This document shows, one piece after another, positions 1 to 8,319 of a DNA stretch of 39,053 nucleotides (positions within the stretch are counted from its first letter, which is position 1; every line of letters begins with the position of its first letter). The position numbers and the translations under genes are program-made. The stretch covers positions 79,251 through 118,303 of the forward strand of contig RQSC01000314.1 in assembly GCA_013416795.1 (NCBI GenBank), given 5' to 3'. The stretch is from Prasinococcaceae sp. CCMP 1430 (Eukaryota > Plantae > Prasinodermophyta). The notes beneath the pieces are model-generated. The model was not told the DNA's origin and did no database searches. It was given only the letters and a program-made list of their open reading frames with translations.

Positions 1-200
1 CGCCATCGCGCGCGCGCGCGCGCGGCACACGCGCGCGCTGTGGCGAGGCGGCGCCGTGCCGTGCGTCAACACACGCACGCGCCCACGCACGTGCGCACGT
101 GCGCACGCACGCAGCGCACGGCTGTGTCTCCCATGAGCAGCACTGCCGCACGCACAGGTGCGGCCTACGTGTGTCGACCTACGCCCGCCTGCACAGTCCC

Positions 201-483
201 TGACCTGCGTTTGCGTGCATTTTTGGTTTGACCTGCATTCGCGTGCATTTTCTGACGTGCCCTGATGCGCTTCGGCGCTGCTTTGACCTGCGTTTGCGTG
301 CATTTTGGTTTGACCTGCATTCGCGTGCATTTTCTTCCCGATGTTGATGTCCTCGACGTTTGACCTGCGTTTGCGTGCATTTTTGTTTGACCTTATTTTG
401 CGTGCATTTTCGTATGCGCTTCGGCGCTGCTTTGACCTGCGTTTGCGTGCATTTTTGGTTTGACCTTCTTTTGCGTGCATTTT
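201..483. repeat. Higher-order minisatellite: eight 23-bp units TGACC-N7-GCGTGCATTTT arranged as four A-B pairs
   Basis: Units start at 201, 229, 284, 311, 361, 388, 433 and 461. The A units (201, 284, 361, 433) are identical: TGACCTGCGTTTGCGTGCATTTT. The B units differ from them only in the central 7 nt. Spacers 252-283 and 411-432 share ATGCGCTTCGGCGCTGCTT. Confidence 0.95.
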
Positions 484-800
484 GGGCGGCGGCCTGCGGC
501 AGCGCCGGCGGCGCCGTTAAGAGCAGCGTTGGCGCCGTCGTCGGCGCCGTCGGGCTGCTCAGGGAGGAGGGTGGCGGGGGTGAAGGAGGGGAAGAGGTGA
601 AGCGGTTGCCGCTGTAGTCGCGGATGCGTGTGGGGCACGGTGTGCGCGGAAGGTGTGCGATCCGAGGAGATGGGGGTGTCTCGCTTCGGCGTGGGGCGCG
701 ATGGCGCGCGCGGGCGGATGCGCCACACACCGCGCGCGGGGGCGGGTGGCGCATGCGGGCGTGCCTGGCAGGGCGAGCGACGCGCGCGAGGCGGGGGGGG

Positions 801-2025
801 ATGTCGGCGTTGATGACGGCGATGGCGAAGGGCGGCGGGGCGGCAGATGCGGGCGCGCGCACGGCCGTTGACGAGTGAGTGCGCGCGCGCGCGCGCGCGG
901 CCGCCAGCTGCGCAGCAGCGGCGCATCTGTCCCCGCGCTCCTCCCTCCCCCCTTCCCCCCCCCCCGCTTCTTGCGCGCAAGAGCTGACGCGCGATCGCGC
1001 GGCCGACGCGCGAGCGCAGGGTGGGCGTCAAGGGGGAGTTCAAGCGCACGGCCGGCGTGCACCGCAATGTGGTGTGCGCCGACGGGGACTACCCTCCCGC
1101 CGCGGGCCGCTACCACCTGTACGTCGCGCTCGCTTGCCCGTGGGCGGACGGCTGCCTGACGTCGCTGTACTTTAAGGGGCTTGAGGACGCCATCGGCGTG
1201 TCCATCGTGCACCCGACGTGGTGTGCCACGCGGCCGGGCGTCGACGAGCACTGCGGATGGCAGTTCAAAAGCCCGGGCGACGCGGCGGTGGCCAACCCTG
1301 CCGGCCACGGCGCCAACGAGTGCGACGACGCGCTGGTGCCAGACACGGTCAATGGCTGTGCCACCGTGCGCGAGCTGTACGAGCTCGCCAAGGACACCGG
1401 CGGCAAGTACAGCACGCCTGTTTTGTGGGACAAGGAGACCTCCACGATCGTCTCGAACGAGTCGCTCGATATACTGCGCTCGTTCGACTCTGCGTTCGAT
1501 GAGTTCGCGAAGTGCCCCGACGCTCGCCTCTTCCCGAGCGACGAGGCGCTCGCCAAGGAGCTCGACGAGCTCAATGAGACCCTCGTCTATCCCAAGGTGA
1601 ACAATGGCGTGTACCGCTGCGGTTTCGCGCGCACGCAGGAGGCGTACGACGCGGCCGTGGGTGAGCTGTTCGGCGCGCTCGATGCGCTCGAGGAGCGCCT
1701 GGCCACGCGGCGCTACCTGGGTGGCGACAACTTCAGCTGGCTGGACATGCGCCTCTTTCACACGCTCGTGCGCTTCGATCCGGTGTACATCACCTACTTC
1801 AAGACGAACGTGCGGCGTCTGGTCGACTACCCGGCGCTGCTCGGGTACACGCGCGAGCTGTACCAGATGCCGGCACTGCGGCGCGCCATCAACATGCGCC
1901 ACATCAAGATGCACTACTTCACGAGCCACCCGGTCCTCAACACGTTCGGCATCGTGCCCGCGTACGACGGGCCGGACCTCGATGCGCCGCACGGCCGCGA
2001 GGGCGTCGGCGGCGGCGGGCAGTAG
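801..2025 (+). CDS. Glutathionyl-hydroquinone reductase (omega/xi-class GST, YqjG/ECM4 family); join(801..874,1020..2025)
   Basis: Motifs YHLYVALACPWA, TVPVLWD-like STPVLWDK, IVSNESLDI, VNNGVYRCGFA, LFHTLVRFDPVY and HIKMHYFTSH. Intron 875-1019 (GTGAGT...GCTGAC...GCAG) joins ARTAVDE to VGVKGEFKR, restoring the family N-terminal motif. The start could instead be ATG 624 with a transit peptide. Confidence 0.93.
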
Positions 2026-4012
2026 AGAGCACAACGTCCGTTGCACCTGCGGGCGCGGCGCGGCTGCGCGCGTTCCACGCCGTGGCACGAACGAGCGAGG
2101 CCACGTCTCGCTCTGTGTATAAAAAATAATTGACCACACGTACATGCGCCCCCTCAGCCCGGTACGCCGGCGCCGCACACACGCGCGCGGCGCGCGGCGC
2201 ACACGCCGCTCCGAGATGCGTCGCGGCCTCCTGGTTGATCCGGAAGGAGCCACAGTACTCTCTGAGCTGCTCAAGGAAGTCCACGCTGGGCGGCTCCTTC
2301 GGCTGCGGCACCCTGTGCGCGTCCTCCCTCGCGATCTCCCCCATATAGAAATGCGACAGGAAGAGGAAGGACTCGCGCGAGGCGTGATACACCTCGAAGA
2401 ACCTCGAACAGTCAAGGTTGAGCGCCTGGCCGGGGATGATGGTCGAGCCGCCCGGATGCTCGGGCAGCCAGCGCGTGACGTCCAGCACCATGCCGTCGAG
2501 GATGAGCCAGCACTCGCCGCCGCCCGAGTTTTTGGCCACCACCTCGTCGAAGCCGTACTCGCGCACGCGCGTGGAGAACTCGCCCTTCCGGCGCGCGCAC
2601 AGCTCGGAAAGCGAGCGCAGCGACAGGGCGTCCGCGGCCGCCGCCATGGCTGGGAGCAGCGTGAGTGGAAAGTCGTATGCATCGGCCCGCTCCATGGCCT
2701 CGCTCTCCAGGTATAGCAGCACGCGATCGAAGGTGGGGCAGTCCACGTCAACGTTGACCTCGATCGGATCGGGCGACGCGTCGCGCACCGCCTGCGTGAG
2801 CGCGATGCACGGCCGCAGAAGCGCCTTCTTCACGGGAAAGAACTCGCCGTCCGATGTGTACACATGTACGCGCGTTGCTGCACGCCGCGCGCCCCCCTGC
2901 TGCTGCTTTTGCTGCCTGCCGCCGTGCCAGCCGTCGGCGCTCTCCGCGTTGGCCTCGAGCACCACGCCGCCCCCCGGCGCGACGAGGCGGATGGCAGTGG
3001 TCGCGGTGAACCGCCCGCGGAAGCAGTGGTAGAGCGGCTCCTCCTCGCGCTCGTCCTCGCCCATGTTGTTGACTTCGGACACTCGCAAGCGGAGCAGCGG
3101 GCCGTCGCCCGGGCACGGGAGCAGCAGGAGCTCGTTGGTGGCAAACACGCGGCCGAAGAAGCGCTTGCGGAACATCGCCGCGACGGCAGACGCGTCCACG
3201 CAGGGCGTGCTGCCAGCATCGCCCCGAGTGGTGGGGGGACACGAGCCGTTTCTGGCAGCATCGCCGCCGCCCCCTCCCTCGCCTTTTGCGCTCTCCCTCG
3301 CGTCCTCTTCCGCGGCCGCCGTGTGCGCGAAGACCTCGAGGGTAATGTCCGCCAGATCGAACTCGTGCGGCGGCGGGGGCGTGTATTCAGCAATCGTAGC
3401 CAGCTGGTCGGTGGCCAGGCGCAGGTTGTAGCGCGTGTCCTCCCCGAGCGCAATGCGCCCCCTCTCAACGCCGCTCCCGTCTCCCCTCACAGCGACGCAG
3501 CGCGCGACGGCGTCGCTGCCAGCGTCGGTCGCCTTCTCCCCCGCGCGCTGCACCAGGCACGGCGCAAGCGGCGCGACTCCTTCCTCGACGTCTTCCGCAC
3601 GCACCACGGCGCAGCCGGCCTCGCACGCCGCGCGCGCCTCGTCCGAGAGCGGCCGAGAGCCGCGCGCGCGCCCGACGCGCTCGGCGGCGACCACGCGCAG
3701 CTGCGACGAGCGCGCGGCGGCAGGAGGGTCGGAGCGGGAGGAGCGGCGCCAGGCGCGCCGCGCGCGCGCGGTGTGTGGCGCGGCGGCGGCTGAGCGGGCC
3801 TTCCCGAACCCCAAAAAGCTGCGGAGCCTCAGTCGGCCGCCACTCGCATCACACCTCGTAGTGCCACACGCGCGCGTGCGCGCGCACACACAGGCACACA
3901 CACACACCACAGAGCCCACAGCACACAGCACCACACAGGCCCGTCCCGATAGCAGCCGTGGCGCGGCTGCGAGGGGCGGTGCTGGAGGTCCCACGCGCGC
4001 GCGCCGTCCCAT
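1937..4012 (-). CDS. Cytochrome b5 heme-binding domain protein with an upstream SKP1/BTB-like segment and an N-terminal CDC48/NSF-N-like region; both ends uncertain
   Basis: C-terminal b5 motif CWLILDGMVLDVTRWLPEHPGG...FEVYH. Middle segment VHVYTSDGEFFPV...VDVDCPTFDRVLLYLE resembles SKP1/BTB. First plausible ATG is at 4012. The in-frame stop at 1937 overlaps the GHR 3' end and crosses an AT-rich tract (about 2115-2145), so the true 3' end probably differs. Confidence 0.7.
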   Translation of the reverse strand: MGRRARVGPPAPPLAAAPRLLSGRACVVLCAVGSVVCVCACVCARTRACGTTRCDASGGRLRLRSFLGFGKARSAAAAPHTARARRAWRRSSRSDPPAAARSSQLRVVAAERVGRARGSRPLSDEARAACEAGCAVVRAEDVEEGVAPLAPCLVQRAGEKATDAGSDAVARCVAVRGDGSGVERGRIALGEDTRYNLRLATDQLATIAEYTPPPPHEFDLADITLEVFAHTAAAEEDARESAKGEGGGGGDAARNGSCPPTTRGDAGSTPCVDASAVAAMFRKRFFGRVFATNELLLLPCPGDGPLLRLRVSEVNNMGEDEREEEPLYHCFRGRFTATTAIRLVAPGGGVVLEANAESADGWHGGRQQKQQQGGARRAATRVHVYTSDGEFFPVKKALLRPCIALTQAVRDASPDPIEVNVDVDCPTFDRVLLYLESEAMERADAYDFPLTLLPAMAAAADALSLRSLSELCARRKGEFSTRVREYGFDEVVAKNSGGGECWLILDGMVLDVTRWLPEHPGGSTIIPGQALNLDCSRFFEVYHASRESFLFLSHFYMGEIAREDAHRVPQPKEPPSVDFLEQLREYCGSFRINQEAATHLGAACAPRAARVCAAPAYRAEGAHVRVVNYFLYTERDVASLVRATAWNARSRAAPAGATDVVLSTARRRRRPRGRAAHRGPARRTRARCRTC

Positions 4013-4100
4013 CCTGCGGGCGGCGGGGTGCGGCGCGTGGCGGCGCGCGACGCCGAACTCCCCCCCCGCGTCCCCGCCGCCGGGTGCGCGGCCGCCGGCG

Positions 4101-5444
4101 ACGCTGGGCGACCTGCGGGCGTTCGCCGTGCCGGCGCTCGGGGTGGTCCTCGTGGCGCCGGTGATGTCGCTCGCGGACACGCTTTGCGTGGCGATGGCGG
4201 AGAGCGGCTGCTCCCCTGCCGCCGCCGGGCTGGGCGTGGCGGCTTTGGGCCCGAACAGCGCGGTGTTCGCGGCGGTCGCGCAGGCGTTCTCGGCCTTCAC
4301 CACGGTGACGGTAGCGCTCGTGGCGAGGGCGAAGGCGAGGGGCGACGCGAAAGCGGCGGCGAGCGCGGCAGAGACGTCTCTGTGGCTGGCTGCTATCGTC
4401 GGGGCCGCGGTCGGGCTGTTCCTGTGTTGCTTTGCACATCCAGTGCTGGAGGTGCTCGCGACGCCCGCGGCCGTTTTCGAGGAGGCGCGCGCCTACCTGC
4501 TCGTGCGGGCGCTCTCGCTGCCCGCGCTGCTGGTGCACACGGTCGCATCGGCGGTATGCATTGCGCTGGGGGACCCGCGGACGCCGCTCGTCACCTCGGT
4601 GGCGGCTGCGGCGCTGAATCTGGCCCTGGACGGCGGGCTGGTCCTGTGGCCGCTGCGACTCGGCGCGGTCGGGGCGGCATGGGCCACGCTGGCGGCGACG
4701 GTCTTCGGCGCGGTGCTGCTCGTGCGGCGAGCGACGACGGTTGTCGGGGCGAAGTGGCCGCCGGCACGACCGGCGTGGGTGCAGGCGAGGCCATTCCTCG
4801 CTGCGAACGGCGTCTTGCAGGTCCGCAACGCCGCGCTGATGGCGTCCGTGTCGCTGATGACAGCGGCCGCCGCGACGCTGGGGACGGCTGTGTTAGCCTT
4901 GCACCAGCTGCTGTACAGCATCCTGAGCGTCGCGCAGTTCCTGCCGGAGCCGGTCTCGCAGTCCGTGCAGGCGCACCTGACGGGACTTTCGAAAGACGAG
5001 GGTGAGGTGAGCATGGAGGAGGCGGCCGAGATCCGGGCGGGCGCGCGCCTGCACTTGACGGCGGCGGCGATGGTTGGGGCTTTGAGCTTCGTTGGCTGCA
5101 TCGTGGCGACTCGTCTGCTGCCGCTCCCCGGAACAGCTGAGCTTCTCGGCTCGGGGGCTGTGGGCACCGCCCCCGAGCGCCTCGCGCTCGCGTCCGGCCT
5201 CCTCGCGCTCGTGTGTGTCTCTGACGGCCTCGTTCTTGCGTCGGGATGGCTCCGATTCGCAGCCGCGAGCCAGGTCGCCGTCCTCGTCCCCGTCGCGCTC
5301 GCGTTGGCGCATGCCACCGATCTCAGTGACGTATGGAGCGGGATGATACTCTTCCAGGCCGGCCGGCTGCTGCTCAACATCCTGGCGGGCCTCTGGGCGA
5401 GGACGTACCGTCGTCGGCGAGGCATGCCCACACCCTCCTCCTGA
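4101..5444 (+). CDS. MATE-family transporter (DinF/DTX-like), 5' end unresolved
   Basis: About 12 hydrophobic segments. Motifs LRAFAVPALGVVLVAPVMSLADT, ALGPNSAVF, RAYLLVRALSLPA, ALGDPRTPL, LNLALD..LV, LGAVGAAWAT and ALHQL. Stop TGA 5442-5444. The first nearby in-frame ATG (4164) lies inside TM1. Confidence 0.88.
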   Translation, partial: TLGDLRAFAVPALGVVLVAPVMSLADTLCVAMAESGCSPAAAGLGVAALGPNSAVFAAVAQAFSAFTTVTVALVARAKARGDAKAAASAAETSLWLAAIVGAAVGLFLCCFAHPVLEVLATPAAVFEEARAYLLVRALSLPALLVHTVASAVCIALGDPRTPLVTSVAAAALNLALDGGLVLWPLRLGAVGAAWATLAATVFGAVLLVRRATTVVGAKWPPARPAWVQARPFLAANGVLQVRNAALMASVSLMTAAAATLGTAVLALHQLLYSILSVAQFLPEPVSQSVQAHLTGLSKDEGEVSMEEAAEIRAGARLHLTAAAMVGALSFVGCIVATRLLPLPGTAELLGSGAVGTAPERLALASGLLALVCVSDGLVLASGWLRFAAASQVAVLVPVALALAHATDLSDVWSGMILFQAGRLLLNILAGLWARTYRRRRGMPTPSS

Positions 5445-5619
5445 CCAGGAGCAAGCCACCACTGGCTGGCACGGCGACCATTGGATGCGCGGAGTACGCG
5501 AACCCACTCACAGCACGACATGCATTCTCGCTGGCACACCTGTCTCTAGAGCTGTATTATTCTCCATTTGTACATACTACAAAGGCGTTCCCGCCGTGCT
5601 CAGTAGTATCGTCTTTGTC

Positions 5620-7724
5620 TTACTCTTGGATGAATCGGCGCAGAGCGTCCGTCTTGCCCGCGATAAGTTTCTCACCGATAAAGTTCTGCGCGCGCACGAG
5701 CGCCGCATTGCGCAGGCTGGCCTTTGTGCATGGCATTTCGAGCATCGGATCGTCGGTGACGGCCGCGCAGGTGATGAGATCGGCGGCGGGCGGCGCGTGA
5801 GCTGGGTTCACCACATTGGTGGGCCAAGTGACGTGGTGGCCGTCGACCATCCAGCGATAGGCCGAATCTCCCAGTTGCTCCTCAATGAGCACGCGCGTGA
5901 ACGCCCCGTGCTCCTCTTCGATCGCCGACAGGTTGCCCTGCCACTCGGCCGAGTCCATGAAGAACTCCGACTCGTGGTAAGGAACCCCGCAGTGGGTCTG
6001 CGCGCGAGGTACAGCGAGATGTGGAGTGTCAGTGTGCGTGGGCAGTGTGCTAGGTTGAGCGGACTTGCAGGCCGGCCTGCGTGGGCGACACAACGAAGAG
6101 CACACCGAATGCGCACGCACATCGGAGTGGAGCTCGACCATCCTGTCGAGCGCATCCGGCGCCAGCAGGCCTTCGAGCGCGAACGCGCGCGCCACTCGCA
6201 GCGTCAGCGGCTCGGGCACGTGCCCAATCTCCCCGGCGATCACTTGTGCGAAATCTATCGGAACAACGCGCAAACCAAGGCTCATCGCGGCCTCCAGTCC
6301 CTCCTCGAACATCTCATCCTCCGACTGCAGCGAGCGCTCGAGGCCTGCGAGCCTCGACAGGGTCACGTAGATGTTCTTGTCCGTCGACGCGAGGGCTTCG
6401 TGCGAAGGATCGTGCCACTGCCACGTCTTGATATCGCGCTGTCCGCGACCTGGCTTGCCAATGGACTTGACTTCGCCGAGCTGCAGCAAGCCCTTGTTAC
6501 AAAAGTCAGTGTCGTCGCTGGGCACGCCTGCCGCCGTGGCAGCGTCGGCCACGACCTTGGGGCACTCCACCATCTTTCCGTTGTTCAATTTTATGGTCTT
6601 TTTGCGACGAAAGCACCCTGACGCCATTTCGCAGCTCGAGAGCTCCCTGTGCAGGGTATTCTGTCTCGTCTGCGTGAGCACAACGCGCACGCCAGCAGCC
6701 TTGGCCGAGAGCATTACCTCGCGAGGCGTACGATGGTAGACGGCTGCATCAAGCCCGTGGGTGTGCATTGGCTTGATGTGCGTGACGAAGTACTTCCCGC
6801 CCTCCGCGGCGCGGCGCGCGCACTCGCGCAGGCCCGCGGGGCTGCCAAAATCAGTGCCTTGCGACCCTTCCTTTCGGCCGTTGCAGTACTCGAATTGCAC
6901 CTTGCGCCCGACGCCAGCTGCGACGCTCGCGTTGGCGCTCTGCACGTCCGTGAAGATGTCGTCGGCGCTCGCGTACTTGGCCATCGCGTACGCGCGATCG
7001 GTGGCGTCCAGGGCGCACCTCGCCGCGCCCAGGTGCCTGGTGGGCTTCGCGGCCTTGGCCCCCGCGTGCTCTGGCCCGCCATCTTGCAGGTCTCCCTCGA
7101 CATAGTCCCCGCCGTCGGCATCATCCATCATTGCGGCTCGTGCCGCCTGCGCCTCGGCGTCGCTGCCCTTCAAACGCTCGGCGCGGCCCGAGGCGGCCGC
7201 CTTTGCAGCGGCTCGTTCGGCCTGCTCCCGAAGCTCCTTGCGCTTGGCGGCGTACTTTTCCGGGTTCAGGGCCTCGTCGAGCACGTCGTGGGTCACGTGG
7301 GGAAACGAGAATTGCGTGCCACTCCGCCCGTGAGCCCACATGAGCACGCCCACACCTGGCGCGCGAACCTGCCCCTTTCGCGCGGTACGCGCGTCGGCGG
7401 CCCCGCCTGTCCAGCGCCGCGTAGCTGCAGACATGGCGGCGGCAACCAGGCGCGGTCGCGCGGTCGCGCTGATGTCAGGCAGGGCCGAGGCGATCGCAAA
7501 CGCGCACAATAGCACACGACACAGACACGGGCTGGTCCTCAGAGCGCTGCTCGTGGGGCGATGCAGTGCAATCGCGCACCTGGGTCGCCACCAATCCTCA
7601 TCAGCTTCCTGCCGCCAGCCTGAGAGCCGCTGACATCCGCCTTGGCCAGCACGGCGGCGGCGGCCGTCGCCACGGCGAGCAGCAGCAGCGCCGCGCGCCG
7701 CGCGCCGCGCCAGCCTCCCTGCAT
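5620..7724 (-). CDS. Secretory-pathway sulfotransferase-like protein (Stf0/LPS-sulfotransferase-type P-loop fold); complement(join(5620..5997,6121..7424,7580..7724))
   Basis: Signal peptide MQGGWRGARRAALLLLAVATAAAAVLA followed by RKL. PAPS 5'-loop-like LMWAHGRSGTQF, then EALNP, HIKPMH and 3'-phosphate-like RQNTLHRELSS. Phase-consistent introns 7579-7425 (GTGCGC..CCTGAC..TGCAG) and 6120-5998 (GTGCGT..ACTGAC..GCAG). Confidence 0.7.
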
Positions 7725-7979
7725 GGCCGCTCCGAGCTCTCGGCCGATAACTCCTCCGGCCCGAACCCTCAAACCACCAAAACAAGCAAGAGGCCCGCAG
7801 CGTTTGCGCTCGTGCGCGCCCGCGCCGCGCGCGCCCGCGCCGCGGGGACCGCGGTGGGCGGCAGCCGCGGGGCCTCTCGCGGTGGGGGGAGCCTCCGAGC
7901 GGGCCGCGCGGCGCGCGCGCGTGCTGTGGCGCGTCGCCGGCCCGGCGCCGGGCGTCAACACCCCCTCCCCGCGCTCGAA

Positions 7980-8220
7980 GCGTCGCAAAAATCCGGCGGT
8001 CTGCGTCACTTTCAATCCTTTTCCGCCGAATCATGCTCATTAATTCGACCTCGATCCCAGCTTTGAACACCGTCAAATAGCCACCCCCACCCAAAAGTCG
8101 TCGCGCGTCAAACATTGACATTGACGGCGGTGCTAAAAAAATGCGAACCCTTTGTGATGTAACCCGAATGAAAAATTGAAACCTCATCGCACGGCTCGAA
8201 CATGGGAAAAAAATCGGGCC
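7980..8220. promoter_or_regulatory. AT-rich island; putative bidirectional promoter of the sulfotransferase-like and GT47-like genes
   Basis: Abrupt AT enrichment between divergent ATGs at 7724 (-) and 8320 (+). Contains TTTGAA, several TTGAC/GTCAA and an A-tract followed by ATGC. Confidence 0.65.
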
Positions 8221-8319
8221 GCTGCAGACAGACGCGGGCGACGAGCAATCGCGCCACAGCGCGCGCGGCGTGTGCGCCCGCCAGAGCCCCGCCGAACGGG
8301 CCCTCGCCCGCGGGCTCTC

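Noticed and set aside
1-200. Possible small exon (ATG at about 132, donor GTGCGG) and alternating purine-pyrimidine tract
   Set aside because: No recognisable product or convincing partner exon, and GC/AC alternation is common throughout the window.
201-483. CRISPR array
   Set aside because: Eukaryotic context, no cas genes, repeats occur as tight dimers, and spacers are partly repeated rather than unique.
393-1067. Minus-strand ORFs over the repeat array (also 165..380, 179..862)
   Set aside because: They translate the repeat itself and the antisense of the GHR 5' region, with no family motifs.
559-2751. 730-aa minus-strand ORF
   Set aside because: Antisense shadow of GHR plus an off-frame part of the b5 gene; high GC3 suppresses antisense stops.
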